Position numbers and translations under genes: made by a program. This document shows, piece by piece, positions 53,235 to 63,400 of a stretch of 64,000 nucleotides of DNA. The notes below the pieces were generated by a model. That model had not been told where the DNA came from. It ran no database searches and saw only the letters and a list, made by a program, of their open reading frames with translations. Each line of letters begins with the position of its first letter. Position 1 is the stretch's first letter. This DNA is from a virus (Duplodnaviria > Caudoviricetes). The stretch covers positions 19,572 to 83,571 of IMG/VR virus record IMGVR_UViG_3300005805_000065. One strand, written 5' to 3'.

Positions 53235-53613
53235 AATCTATTCCGCTTTCAGTAACCACTGTAATATTCTGGTACGATAATAACATATTTCTTAAAACTT
53301 TTCTTAGCAAGCTTCGATCCGGATTTTTAGTTTTTCCAAATATCATGCATACTTCATAATTATCAATTTCATTTGTAAAAAACATTTTGTAGTGTTTATC
53401 TTTAATAATCTGAGCAGATTTATTTAGTGTAACTTTAATCCATAGTTTTACAAATCTAGAAGTTGTAGCTGGGCAAATATATATATAAACATCTGACTTT
53501 TTTAATTCTTTTAAAAATGAAAGTATGTACTGATATGGATGTGCTGTATCACTTAATATTAATACTTTCTTATTATGTAAATAAGAATAATCAATAGTAT
53601 CTGGATGATACAT
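53209..53613 (-). CDS. hypothetical protein
   Basis: Coupled ORF. Confidence 0.55.
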   Translation of the reverse strand: MYHPDTIDYSYLHNKKVLILSDTAHPYQYILSFLKELKKSDVYIYICPATTSRFVKLWIKVTLNKSAQIIKDKHYKMFFTNEIDNYEVCMIFGKTKNPDRSLLRKVLRNMLLSYQNITVVTESGIDCDENYTLR

Positions 53614-53879
53614 TAATTTTTATTTGTTTGACGATATCTATGTAATACAATAAAAGAGCTCGAGAGGAGTGATAGAATCAAAGACGCTCCCCAGCCGATA
53701 TTGTGATCCCAGCCCCATTGCACAGCTGTTTTGAACAAAAATGCATTGAGCGTCATGTAGACAAGATAAATAATAAAAGCTGCCATGCAAACAGTATACC
53801 TCAAAAATTCGTCACCCCAGATTTCAAAAATATTTTTTTTAGAACGCATTCTCCAAAAAAAGTGTGCTATGCTACGCAT
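53613..53879 (-). CDS. two-TM membrane protein
   Basis: Two hydrophobic segments. Confidence 0.5.
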   Translation of the reverse strand: MRSIAHFFWRMRSKKNIFEIWGDEFLRYTVCMAAFIIYLVYMTLNAFLFKTAVQWGWDHNIGWGASLILSLLSSSFIVLHRYRQTNKN

Positions 53880-53902
53880 GCGGGCATGCGAAGCAGTCTA
53901 AG

Positions 53903-53962
53903 TATACTTATATACATTTATATACTTATATACTAAGCATACTAAGCATACTGAACATACTT
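53903..53962. repeat. seven ATAC(T/A) units at 8-10-bp period in divergent intergenic region
   Basis: ATAC starts 53904, 53912, 53922, 53930, 53939, 53948, 53957. Confidence 0.75.
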
Positions 53963-54001
53963 CGAATATCTTGATAACGAGAATGGTGGTATACTCCCTG
54001 T

Positions 54002-54259
54002 ATGAAGATCATAGGCATAGTCGAGTCTGATGATTACAGCGGTGCTGCGATAATTGACACCGGATATATTTCGATAATTCAAACAAATGATTGCTGGTTC
54101 GCCGCATCAAGATGTATGTTTAGTCATATGCCTGTAACTTGTGAAATTTCTAAGGATCAAGCTAAAAAGTTTGTAGATAGTGGTGTAAAGTGTCTTAATC
54201 TAGATGATGAGATTAATCCACCAAAAAAAGCTACAAAATTTAAAAAACCTAGAAAGTAA
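54002..54259 (+). CDS. hypothetical protein
   Basis: First gene of the right-going operon. Confidence 0.6.
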   Translation: MKIIGIVESDDYSGAAIIDTGYISIIQTNDCWFAASRCMFSHMPVTCEISKDQAKKFVDSGVKCLNLDDEINPPKKATKFKKPRK

Positions 54260-54265
54260 CTTCAC

Positions 54266-55276
54266 ATGAGAAAAATTAGTTGGTTTACCCCAGGCTCTGT
54301 TGACCTCACCGGCACTAGCTGGTATAGTCCGGGTTATTCAATAGCTGCAATTGCAACTATTAATGCACTTAAAGAAAAAGATGTTGCTGTTTTTTATAAC
54401 AGAAATGATATTCCTTATCATGTGAATTTTTGTTTGCCATATTATTATCAATATCAAAATTCTTACAAGGTTGGCTATACGCCATGGGAGTCAACAAGGA
54501 TTCCCAAAGGCTGGGTTCAACACATGCAGCAATGTGATGAGATATGGGCAACATCTAATTTTGTTAAAGAAGTTTATGAAAAGAATAATGTTCATCATAA
54601 TATACATGTAATACCACATGGTATCTCGAGTGACTTTTCTATTTTAGACAGAGAAGTTACAGACACATTTAACTTTTTACATGTTGGTGGAGATTCAAAA
54701 CGTAAAAATGCTCAAATGGTTGTTGATGCATTTTTAGAGTTATATGAAGATAACATGGACTACAAGTTGTATTTGAAATATAACAATTTCTGTTTTGCAG
54801 AGATATATTTAAATGGCAGGCTTGTTCCTGCCACAATGCATCCACAAATTGTTGGCGTACCGGGTTCGCTTGATGTTGAAAGTTTAGTAAAACTTTATCA
54901 TTCTTGTCATTGCATGGTTTATCCAACAAGTGGAGAGGGCTTCGGAATGATTCCATTTGAAGCAATATGTACAGGTATGCCAACTATTGTGACAAATGAA
55001 ACAGGCTGTAAAGATTTTGCACACTATTCAATTCCGCTTGAAGCAGAATTCGTTACAGCAGATTGGAACAATAAGCAATTTGAAGAAGATACTGGGATGT
55101 GGGCTTCACCAGATTTTGAACAGTTAATTGATTTAATGAAATCTGTTGTTGATGAATACGATGAATTCAAAAAGTATACGATAAAATCGGCAAAAATATT
55201 GCACGCAGAGCAATCTTGGTCGGTGGTCGCTGATAAGATAGTTGATCGCATCAAATATTACGAACAGCTGATATAG
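54266..55276 (+). CDS. glycosyltransferase family 4 (GT-B), paralogue of 12946-14040
   Basis: YTPWESTRIP, RKN, YPTSGEGFGMIPFEAICTGMPTI. Confidence 0.88.
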   Translation: MRKISWFTPGSVDLTGTSWYSPGYSIAAIATINALKEKDVAVFYNRNDIPYHVNFCLPYYYQYQNSYKVGYTPWESTRIPKGWVQHMQQCDEIWATSNFVKEVYEKNNVHHNIHVIPHGISSDFSILDREVTDTFNFLHVGGDSKRKNAQMVVDAFLELYEDNMDYKLYLKYNNFCFAEIYLNGRLVPATMHPQIVGVPGSLDVESLVKLYHSCHCMVYPTSGEGFGMIPFEAICTGMPTIVTNETGCKDFAHYSIPLEAEFVTADWNNKQFEEDTGMWASPDFEQLIDLMKSVVDEYDEFKKYTIKSAKILHAEQSWSVVADKIVDRIKYYEQLI

Positions 55277-55350
55277 ACCTTAGTATTTTTGATTGCTAAC
55301 TGTAATCCAGCAAGATATTATTAATAATCCCATTTTCTAGGAGGTATAAA

Positions 55351-57279
55351 ATGTCATTACTATCGTCTACTTTTTTGTCTAAATACACAGGTGTTACACC
55401 ACCTTGGGGTTTTGGCGGCATGGGTGAGGTTGTTTATCTTCGAACATACAGCAGAAGAATTGAAGGAACCGACAGAACCGAAACATGGGTCGAGACTATA
55501 AAAAGAATTATTGATGGTGCGGTAGATATCGGCGTTGACTTCACAGAAGAAGAGGCAGAGCGTCTTTTTGATCATATGTTTAATCTTCGTTGCACGGTTG
55601 CAGGCAGAGCGCTCTGGCAACTTGGTACACCTCTTGTTTCAAAGTTTTCTGGAACATCATTAAACAATTGTTTTTTTACAAATATTGAAAAGATTGAAGA
55701 CTTTGAATTAGTGTTTGATTATTTAATGCTTGGGGGTGGAGTTGGTTTTTCTGTTGAAAGATCAAAGATTCATGATTTGCCAAAAGTAAAGGAAGTTAAG
55801 CATGTTTTGGCTGAGAGAAGTAATGATGCTGACTTTATTGTTCCTGACTCAAGGCAGGGGTGGAGAGAGCTGCTTCACAAAGTTCTTGAAGCGTACTTTG
55901 TTACAGGTAAGAGTTTTACATATTCAACAGTTCTTATTCGTGAGTTTGGTGCTCCGTTAAAAACATTTGGTGGAACCGCTTCTGGTCCTGGCGCGCTCGT
56001 TGATGGTATTGATGATATTTGCAAAGTATTGAATAATCGTGTTGGTAAGAAATTGCGCTCTGTTGATGTGCTTGATATTTGCAATATCATTGGAAGAATT
56101 GTTGTTTCTGGCTCGTCTAGACGCTCAGCGCAAATTGCGATTGGTGATCCAGATGATATTTTATTCCTTCGTGCAAAGAATTGGGCTTCTGGCTCTGTTC
56201 CTGCGTGGAGGGCGAACAGCAATAATTCGATCTATGCAGATTCTTATAATGAAATTTTGGCTGAGTTATGGAAGGGGTATGATGGTTCTGGCGAGCCTTA
56301 TGGTCTTGTCAATAGAAAGCTTGCAAAAACAGTTGGAAGACTTGGAGAAGTTTCTCACGACAATTCTGTTGAAGGGTTCAATCCATGCGCTGAGATTGCA
56401 TTAGCTGATGGCGAATCGTGCAACCTTTCTACAATTTTCTTGCCAAATATTACATCACTTGAACAGCTTAAAGAGGTTTCTATTTTGCTCTACAAGGTGC
56501 AGAAGCAAGTCACTCGTTTATCTTATCCATATGAAAAGACAAACAAAATTGTTCACAAAAATGCTCGTCTTGGTCAATCTATTACCGGCATACTTCAGTG
56601 CAACGAAGAAAAAATATCTTGGCTATCAGATGCATACGATAATCTGAAAAAGTTTGATAAACAGTATAGTAAGCAAAAAGGTTGGAATCCATCCGTTAGG
56701 CTGACAACAGTACAGCCATCGGGTACGTTATCTTTGCTACCCGGCGTAACTCCAGGAATACATCCTGCATTTGCTAAATATTATACAAGAAGAGTTAGAT
56801 TTGGTGCATCAGACCCATTAGTTGAAGCATGCAGGAAGCGAGGATATAAAGTTGTTTGGGATGTTGGTTTAGATGGGAGAGAAGACCATACTCGTTATGT
56901 TGTTGAATTTCCCTGCAAATCCCCAGATGGATCTGTTCTTGCAAGTGAAATGACAGCAATACAGCAACTTGAGTGGGTTAAGAAAATGCAAACAGTTTGG
57001 GCAGACAACGCTGTATCTGTTACTGTTTATTATCGTAAAGAAGAGCTTGGTGAAATCAAGAAATGGCTCGAGCAGAATTATGATAATTCCGTAAAGTCGG
57101 TGTCATTCTTATTACATAGCGATCATAATTTCCCGCTTCCTCCGTATGAAGAAATTACAGAGGATGATTACTATAAGACATTAAGCAAGATTAATTTCTC
57201 TATACCCTTACAGCAATCCGCTGGATCGCATGAGATAATGCTTGATGATTGCGCAACAGGGGCGTGTCCTATAAAGTGA
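55351..57279 (+). CDS. nrdJ: class II (adenosylcobalamin-dependent) ribonucleoside-triphosphate reductase
   Basis: YLRTYSR, LNNCF, GFNPCAEI..ESCNL, TTVQPSGT, C-terminal CATGACPIK. Confidence 0.92.
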   Translation: MSLLSSTFLSKYTGVTPPWGFGGMGEVVYLRTYSRRIEGTDRTETWVETIKRIIDGAVDIGVDFTEEEAERLFDHMFNLRCTVAGRALWQLGTPLVSKFSGTSLNNCFFTNIEKIEDFELVFDYLMLGGGVGFSVERSKIHDLPKVKEVKHVLAERSNDADFIVPDSRQGWRELLHKVLEAYFVTGKSFTYSTVLIREFGAPLKTFGGTASGPGALVDGIDDICKVLNNRVGKKLRSVDVLDICNIIGRIVVSGSSRRSAQIAIGDPDDILFLRAKNWASGSVPAWRANSNNSIYADSYNEILAELWKGYDGSGEPYGLVNRKLAKTVGRLGEVSHDNSVEGFNPCAEIALADGESCNLSTIFLPNITSLEQLKEVSILLYKVQKQVTRLSYPYEKTNKIVHKNARLGQSITGILQCNEEKISWLSDAYDNLKKFDKQYSKQKGWNPSVRLTTVQPSGTLSLLPGVTPGIHPAFAKYYTRRVRFGASDPLVEACRKRGYKVVWDVGLDGREDHTRYVVEFPCKSPDGSVLASEMTAIQQLEWVKKMQTVWADNAVSVTVYYRKEELGEIKKWLEQNYDNSVKSVSFLLHSDHNFPLPPYEEITEDDYYKTLSKINFSIPLQQSAGSHEIMLDDCATGACPIK

Positions 57280-57378
57280 ACTGCTTTGATTCATTATTTA
57301 ACTGGGACTATGAAAAGTTGTACCGCTATTCATCATTTTTGTTCTTTTTTTAATAAAAATGGTGTACAATAGATTCTA

Positions 57379-57702
57379 ATGGCTCATGAATCTATTAAAA
57401 ATAAACGGCTCTGGGTTCCTCCGAGAACTTATGGGGTTTGCATCTGGATTATGCCAGATGGTAGACCTTTATCGGATGGCGACGGTGTTCTGTCTGCAGA
57501 AGGCTTTGTTGGAGATAAAGATATTGAAAAAAGAGTGAGGCAGGCTGCAAAGTATTGGACTGGCAGTGATGAGGGTGAAATATCCTGGGTTCATGGTGCA
57601 AGAAAAGTTAGTGGAAGTGAAAGAGATGATCAGGCTGAGCGTCTAGAAAATGGATTACTGCCAGATCCGTATGAAGACTTTTTTGATAATTTAAAGAGGT
57701 AG
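57379..57702 (+). CDS. conserved hypothetical protein upstream of portal
   Basis: 107-aa ORF, GLLPDP motif. Confidence 0.65.
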   Translation: MAHESIKNKRLWVPPRTYGVCIWIMPDGRPLSDGDGVLSAEGFVGDKDIEKRVRQAAKYWTGSDEGEISWVHGARKVSGSERDDQAERLENGLLPDPYEDFFDNLKR

Positions 57703-57703
57703 T

Positions 57704-59311
57704 ATGGAAAAGAAAATGGTTCATGTTGAAGAATCTAATATTATTGATGAAGAAATAGAAGATTTGTCATATATTGGGTTTGATTCTACGCCAATATCAG
57801 AAGACCCATTTTTAAAAATTTCTTATAATTCGCTTTCTCCAAAAATGAAAAGAAAGGCTAATAAACTTTCTAAAAAGTATGTTGGCGAGGACGGAACCGG
57901 TACAAAGTATATTGACCCAGAAACCCTTGATGGTTACTCGCTGTATGACATTGTAAACCCACCATACGATTTAGACAATCTTTCTGGTTTATTTGATTCT
58001 AGTGCAATTCATAATGCATCAGTGAGTGCAAGAGTTATGAACACTGTTGGTCTTGGTTTTGAATTTAAAGAAACATTAAAAGCTAGAAGAAAGATAGAGA
58101 AATCGACTGACAATGAAGAAAAGCTGTATAGAGTAAGAAAAGAGTTACAAGATGAAAAAGAAAGATTAGAAGATCTTTTTGAAAATTTAAATATTGAAGA
58201 AACTTTTATTGAAACTATGATAAAAGTTTGGCAAGATGTTTTAACAATTGGCAATGGATATCTTGAAATCGGAAGAAATAATTCTGGTCAAATTGGATAC
58301 ATTGGTCATATTCCTGGAACGCTTGTGAGAGTAAGGAGGAAAAGAGATGGCTTTGTTCAAATTGCAAGAAGTAATAAAATTACGGCGGTCTTCTTCAGAA
58401 ACTATGGAGACAAAGAAACGCAAGACCCAATTAACTCCGACCCGCGACCAAACGAAATTATTCATTTTAAAATTTATTCTCCTAAAAACACATATTACGG
58501 TATTCCTTCTGCGGTGTCTGCTGCCGCTGCGATTGTGGGTGATAAATTTGCAAAAGAATATAACATTGATTATTTTGAGAATAAAGCTATTCCTAGATAT
58601 GCCATAATACTTAAGGGTGCAAAGTTAAGTAATAAATCAAAGCAAGAGCTTATTAACTATTTTAGAAAAGAAGTAAAAGGGCGCAATCATGGTACTCTTG
58701 TTATTCCAATTCCCGCGTCTATTGGCTCTGATAGCGATATTAAATTTGAAAAACTAGAAGCTGGTGTGCAAGATGCTTCATTTGATAAATATCGTAAATC
58801 TAATAGAGATGAGATTTTAGTTGCAAATAGAGTACCGGCTCCAAAGGTTGGTGTATACGATAATGCTAACTTGGCAGTTTCAAGAGATGCTGACAAGACA
58901 TTTAAAATGCAGGTAGTTGCTCCAGATCAGTCGGTTATTGAAAAAAGATTAAACAGAGTTATGATGGAGTTTACAGATCTATTTACGCTTAAGTTTAGAA
59001 GTATAGATCTTGTTGATGAAGATATTCAATCAAGAATTAATGATAGATATCTTAGAACTGAAGTTATTACTCCAAATGAAGTTAGATCCACCCTTGGATT
59101 GCCCGAAAGAGCAGATGGCGATGAGCCGCTGCCTTTCCCCACAAAGAAAGAAAAAGAGGGTCCAGGCGCTCCGTTTGGTAATTCTAATAATGATACAATT
59201 GCTCCTAGAAATGCAAGAGCAGATTCAGAAGGGCAATCCACAGACCCAAGACAGTTTGGAGATCAGGCTGAAAGAGGTCAAAATCAAGATAATTCAGGAG
59301 GTACACAATGA
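57704..59311 (+). CDS. portal protein
   Basis: IGNGYLEIGR, EIIHFKIYSP..YYGIPS, YFENKAIP, ITPNEVRSTLGLP. Confidence 0.9.
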   Translation: MEKKMVHVEESNIIDEEIEDLSYIGFDSTPISEDPFLKISYNSLSPKMKRKANKLSKKYVGEDGTGTKYIDPETLDGYSLYDIVNPPYDLDNLSGLFDSSAIHNASVSARVMNTVGLGFEFKETLKARRKIEKSTDNEEKLYRVRKELQDEKERLEDLFENLNIEETFIETMIKVWQDVLTIGNGYLEIGRNNSGQIGYIGHIPGTLVRVRRKRDGFVQIARSNKITAVFFRNYGDKETQDPINSDPRPNEIIHFKIYSPKNTYYGIPSAVSAAAAIVGDKFAKEYNIDYFENKAIPRYAIILKGAKLSNKSKQELINYFRKEVKGRNHGTLVIPIPASIGSDSDIKFEKLEAGVQDASFDKYRKSNRDEILVANRVPAPKVGVYDNANLAVSRDADKTFKMQVVAPDQSVIEKRLNRVMMEFTDLFTLKFRSIDLVDEDIQSRINDRYLRTEVITPNEVRSTLGLPERADGDEPLPFPTKKEKEGPGAPFGNSNNDTIAPRNARADSEGQSTDPRQFGDQAERGQNQDNSGGTQ

Positions 59312-59565
59312 GTTACGCAATGGGGATTGTATATTCTAATACAGCGGTTGATAGTACGGCAAATACTGTAACCCTTATTGGACATACAAAATGCATCCAC
59401 TTTTTTAATACACATGCTTCTACTAATGCGGTTGTTAAGTTAAATGGTGGTCCACACCAGGTCTTAATTCCGGCAGGAAAGAACTATGTTGAGGTGGAAG
59501 GCGATTATACACAATTCCAAGTCATGACAGCAGGAGTTACTCTGTCTGTCTATGCCATAGGATAA
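59308..59565 (+). CDS. hypothetical structural protein
   Basis: AGGAGG RBS, beta-rich. Confidence 0.6.
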   Translation: MSYAMGIVYSNTAVDSTANTVTLIGHTKCIHFFNTHASTNAVVKLNGGPHQVLIPAGKNYVEVEGDYTQFQVMTAGVTLSVYAIG

Positions 59566-59606
59566 TTTGCTGTATAATAGATTGTTCATTACACTAAAAT
59601 TGCACT

Positions 59607-61196
59607 ATGACTACCTTTAATTTATCCTTCCCAATTGATATGGTTAAAAAGGAAGAGAGAATCGTTTCAGGAATTGCAACTGCTGATAACATTGATAAAG
59701 TTGGCGATGTTGTTGATTTTGAAGCTTCGCTTTCTGCTTTCAAAAATTGGCAAGGTAACATTCGTGAAATGCATGCACCTATTGCCGTTGGTAAGGCTAT
59801 TAGCTATAAGCCAATTAAAATAAAAGGTGCTGATGGTGAAGAATATAATGCTATTCAAGTTGAGGCATATATATCTAAAGGTGCAGAAAACACATGGCAA
59901 AAAATTCTTGATGGAACTCTTCGTGCGTTCTCTATTGGTGGAAAGATTATAAGAAAAGAAATGATGCAAAATAAAGTTCATAACGGAAGACCTGTGCATA
60001 TTATTAAACAATATGATCTTGGTGAGTTAAGTTTAGTCGATAATCCTGCTAATGCAATTGCTATCATTGATCTTGTAAAGAAGGCAGATGATGGTGCGCT
60101 TGATTACACACTTGGTGGAGATAACGATATTGAAAAGAAACAGCCCATTAAGGATCCTAAAGGCGGGCTGACAGCGGCGGGCAGAAGATACTTTAAACAA
60201 AAAGAAGGGGCGAACCTTAAGCCCGGAGTAAGAGGCGCTGCAAATACGCCAGAGAAAATGCGCCGTAAGGGCTCGTTCCTTACAAGATTTTTTACCAACC
60301 CCTCTGGTCCAATGAAAAAGCCGAACGGTGAACCCACCCGCCTCGCCCTGTCGGCTGCAGCGTGGGGGGAGCCAGTGCCGCAGGATCGTTCCGATGCGGC
60401 ACGGCTTGCTGCTAAAGGCAGAAGGCTTTTAGAAAGATATCAGAATGCAAAAGAAAGGGCAAAAAAGTCCGTAGACGGTGTGGATATCAATAGTGAGGAT
60501 GCCTTAATTGATACTTTATTGATGATGGAAACAGAAAGTGTCGATTACAAAACTGAAGAACTTTTAGATTTCTTATTGGATGATATTTACAATGAACTAC
60601 CAGAAGTAATGGAGGTCGATATGATTAGTGAGAATTCATTGCACAATGATGAAAATTATGATATAGTGATACCTATGGATAATACTGTTGACAAAGAATC
60701 CGAAAAATTATCTCTAGTTAAAAAGTTTGTCTCATGGTTAACAGATCAGCCAGGAGATGATTCACTTGAAAAAAGTGAGCAAGCTGAAGCTTCAATTGAA
60801 GCCGAAGTGAAAAATGATCAGATGGAGGAAGAAATGGATATAGAGGTTCTGAAAGAAGCTCTTGGTTCCGTCATCGATCAAAAGCTTAATGACTTTGCTA
60901 CTTCGCTTAAGGCTGAAGTTGAAGCAGATGTCTCGGCTAAGATTGATGAAGTTGCTAAGAATTTCGATGCTCAGAAACAAGAGATTTCTCAAAAGTTAGA
61001 AGCAACAGAGAAGGCTCTTGAGGAACAAACAGCTAAGGTTGAGGAATTCGCTCAAGCTGGCGCTGTAAAGAAGAGTGTTGATCCGGAAGAGGATGAGCAG
61101 GTTGAGGAATTAAAGAAGTCTGAGCCTGACACATCGTTCTGGACCAATGTTTACTTGCCACAAGGGGTTATTAACTCCCTGGGCTATAAGTCATAA
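59607..61196 (+). CDS. prohead protease/scaffold with inserted DUF6321-like domain
   Basis: IVSGIAT...IREMH...FSIGG...ELSLVDNPAN; insert KDPKGGLTAAGRRYF; acidic coiled-coil tail. Confidence 0.85.
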   Translation: MTTFNLSFPIDMVKKEERIVSGIATADNIDKVGDVVDFEASLSAFKNWQGNIREMHAPIAVGKAISYKPIKIKGADGEEYNAIQVEAYISKGAENTWQKILDGTLRAFSIGGKIIRKEMMQNKVHNGRPVHIIKQYDLGELSLVDNPANAIAIIDLVKKADDGALDYTLGGDNDIEKKQPIKDPKGGLTAAGRRYFKQKEGANLKPGVRGAANTPEKMRRKGSFLTRFFTNPSGPMKKPNGEPTRLALSAAAWGEPVPQDRSDAARLAAKGRRLLERYQNAKERAKKSVDGVDINSEDALIDTLLMMETESVDYKTEELLDFLLDDIYNELPEVMEVDMISENSLHNDENYDIVIPMDNTVDKESEKLSLVKKFVSWLTDQPGDDSLEKSEQAEASIEAEVKNDQMEEEMDIEVLKEALGSVIDQKLNDFATSLKAEVEADVSAKIDEVAKNFDAQKQEISQKLEATEKALEEQTAKVEEFAQAGAVKKSVDPEEDEQVEELKKSEPDTSFWTNVYLPQGVINSLGYKS

Positions 61197-61216
61197 GTTA
61201 AGGAGGAATAATTACT

Positions 61217-62248
61217 ATGGCAACACAAGAAGAAATTCTTGCTAAGGCTAACGAAGTAACTACGAGCGTCGTTAGCAATGCAAGCGGTGGAATTCTCAAG
61301 CCCGAGCAATCCAACCGATTTTTAGATTATGTCGTGGATCAATCCGTTCTCATGAAGAACGCCAGAGTTGTTCGCATGCGCACACCATCGATGGAAATCG
61401 ATAAGTTGGCGGTCGGCACTCGTTTGATGCGCAAAGCAACTGAGGCGACAGATGATGGCTCCAATGCAGCCGTTACCTTCTCCAAGGTTTCGCTTACAAG
61501 CGTCAAGCTGCGTTTGGACTGGGAGCTCAGCACAGAAGCTCTGGAAGACAACATTGAGGGTGCTTCGCTGGAAGATCACTTGGCTCAGGTTATGGCTCGT
61601 CAGACAGCCAATGACCTTGATGACTTGTTGATCAATGGCAACACATCTTCAAACAATGCACTGCTCAAGGCGCTTGATGGTTTCACCAAGCTCGCCCTTG
61701 CTGGTGCAACAGTTGTGGATGAAGGCGGCAACAATGTTAGCCGTGCAACATTCGACAGAGTGCTGCGCAACCTGCCGAACAAGTATCTGCAGAAGCGCAA
61801 CGAGCTGCGATTCTTCACTGGACCCGGCGTGGTTCAGGACGTGTCGTTCAGTCTCCAGAATCCGAACTCGGCAACTGCCGCAACAGCAGGCGCTCCGGCT
61901 CCTGGTTCGACATTTGGTGAGCAGGCGTTCATGAACGGTGCTGTCCGTGCAAACGGTGGCGCTGGTTCGACTGGTATCGCACCTTACGGTATTCCGTTGG
62001 TGGAGATCCCGCTCCTGCCTGAGACTGTCGCTGGTGACTACTCCGGCGCTGCTGGCAACCATGGTTATGTTGAGTTGACATTCCCCAATAATAAGATTGT
62101 GGGTCTGCACAGAGACATCACCGTGTACCGTCAGTTCCAGCCAAAGACAGACACAATTGAGTACACTCAATTCATGCGTCTTGCGAATAACATCGAGCAT
62201 CTCGAGCCGTTTGTTATTGCTAAGAACGTCAAGTTGCGCACACTCTAA
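61217..62248 (+). CDS. major capsid protein (HK97 fold)
   Basis: GGILKPEQSNRFL, position after protease, AGGAGG RBS, host-like GC-rich codons. Confidence 0.9.
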   Translation: MATQEEILAKANEVTTSVVSNASGGILKPEQSNRFLDYVVDQSVLMKNARVVRMRTPSMEIDKLAVGTRLMRKATEATDDGSNAAVTFSKVSLTSVKLRLDWELSTEALEDNIEGASLEDHLAQVMARQTANDLDDLLINGNTSSNNALLKALDGFTKLALAGATVVDEGGNNVSRATFDRVLRNLPNKYLQKRNELRFFTGPGVVQDVSFSLQNPNSATAATAGAPAPGSTFGEQAFMNGAVRANGGAGSTGIAPYGIPLVEIPLLPETVAGDYSGAAGNHGYVELTFPNNKIVGLHRDITVYRQFQPKTDTIEYTQFMRLANNIEHLEPFVIAKNVKLRTL

Positions 62249-62270
62249 TAGTGTAGTAACAGTCAGTTGG

Positions 62271-62294
62271 GCGGGGAGAAGTCTTTCTCCCCGC
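62271..62294 (+). terminator. hairpin after major capsid gene (weak U-tract)
   Basis: GCGGGGAGAA-GTCT-TTCTCCCCGC. Confidence 0.55.
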
Positions 62295-62368
62295 TCATCT
62301 GGTATATGGAATAAAATTGTCCATAGGATATGATTGATTTATTTCTTAATACATGATAGGATTGATAT

Positions 62369-62665
62369 ATGACTGAAAAAGAAAATGTTATAACATCAAA
62401 AGATGTAACTCAAAAAACACCAAAACAGAAAAAAACAGTTAAAGAAGATAAGCCGGCAGAGCCTGTTATTAAAAATGGAAAGCTTTTAATTTATTTTGAA
62501 AGCGGAGTCGCATATCAAACAGCTTCCGGTTTTAAATTTACTAAAGAACAAAATAGAATGGCAGAAATTGATGCAGAAGAAGCAACATGGCTGCTGAAAC
62601 TTCCTAACTTCAGATTACCTAGTGACGAAGAAAAGGAATTCTATTATAATAACTTGGAGGCGTAA
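62369..62665 (+). CDS. hypothetical virion-associated protein
   Basis: Follows MCP. Confidence 0.6.
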   Translation: MTEKENVITSKDVTQKTPKQKKTVKEDKPAEPVIKNGKLLIYFESGVAYQTASGFKFTKEQNRMAEIDAEEATWLLKLPNFRLPSDEEKEFYYNNLEA

Positions 62666-63049
62666 ATGGCTGGAAATCTTTCTAATTATCTTGAAAACAA
62701 ATTAATTGATCACTTCCTTGGCACTACGTCATTCACAGCACCTGCTGCTGTTTATGTTGCTCTCTACACAGTAGCCCCAAGTGATGCCGGTGGCGGCACA
62801 GAGGTTACTGGTGGTTCGTATGCTAGACAGACAGCTACATTTACTGCTTCTGCAAGCGGTGCAACATCAAATAATGCAAATATTGATTTTACAAACATGC
62901 CAGCTGCAACAGTGGTTGCGATTGGGATTCATGATGCCCTGACTTCTGGCAATCTTCTGCTGTGGGGTACATTGACAACAAATAAAACAACAGATGCTGG
63001 AGATACTCTAAGAATTGCCACAGGCGATCTTGACATCAGCATTGACTAA
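62666..63049 (+). CDS. virion structural protein (tail-fibre/decoration type)
   Basis: LSNYLENKLIDH...YVALYT..P...EVTGGSYARQ. Confidence 0.7.
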   Translation: MAGNLSNYLENKLIDHFLGTTSFTAPAAVYVALYTVAPSDAGGGTEVTGGSYARQTATFTASASGATSNNANIDFTNMPAATVVAIGIHDALTSGNLLLWGTLTTNKTTDAGDTLRIATGDLDISID

Positions 63050-63058
63050 GGAGAGCCT

Positions 63059-63400
63059 ATGTTAAGAAGAGAATTTAGTGGTGGTGTGTTAAGGACAACT
63101 CTTTCTTCCACGATTAACAATTCTGTTACTTCTATTTCGGTTGTTGATGGCTCCACATTCCCATCAGGTGTAAATCCATTTGTCATTGTAATTGACAGAG
63201 GAACTTCGTCTGAAGAAAAAATCCTCGTATCTTCTAGAACAGCAAATACATTTACAGTTTCAAACAGGGGTTATGATGGCTCAACAGCCAATACACATAC
63301 TGCTGGTTCTTATGTAGATCATGTTCTTGATGCAACAGTAATTCAAGATATGAACACAACAACTTATGATAATGAAGTTTTAGTTTGGATGGGGGTCTAA
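63059..63400 (+). CDS. virion structural protein
   Basis: EKILVSSRTANTFTVSNRGYDGS..H motif of tail-associated beta domains. Confidence 0.65.
   Translation: MLRREFSGGVLRTTLSSTINNSVTSISVVDGSTFPSGVNPFVIVIDRGTSSEEKILVSSRTANTFTVSNRGYDGSTANTHTAGSYVDHVLDATVIQDMNTTTYDNEVLVWMGV

Noticed and set aside
4078-57279. Inteins or group I introns in dnaE, dnaB, terL, nrdJ
   Set aside because: Lengths are normal, frames are uninterrupted, and there are no C/S...HN splice motifs or LAGLIDADG/HNH inserts.
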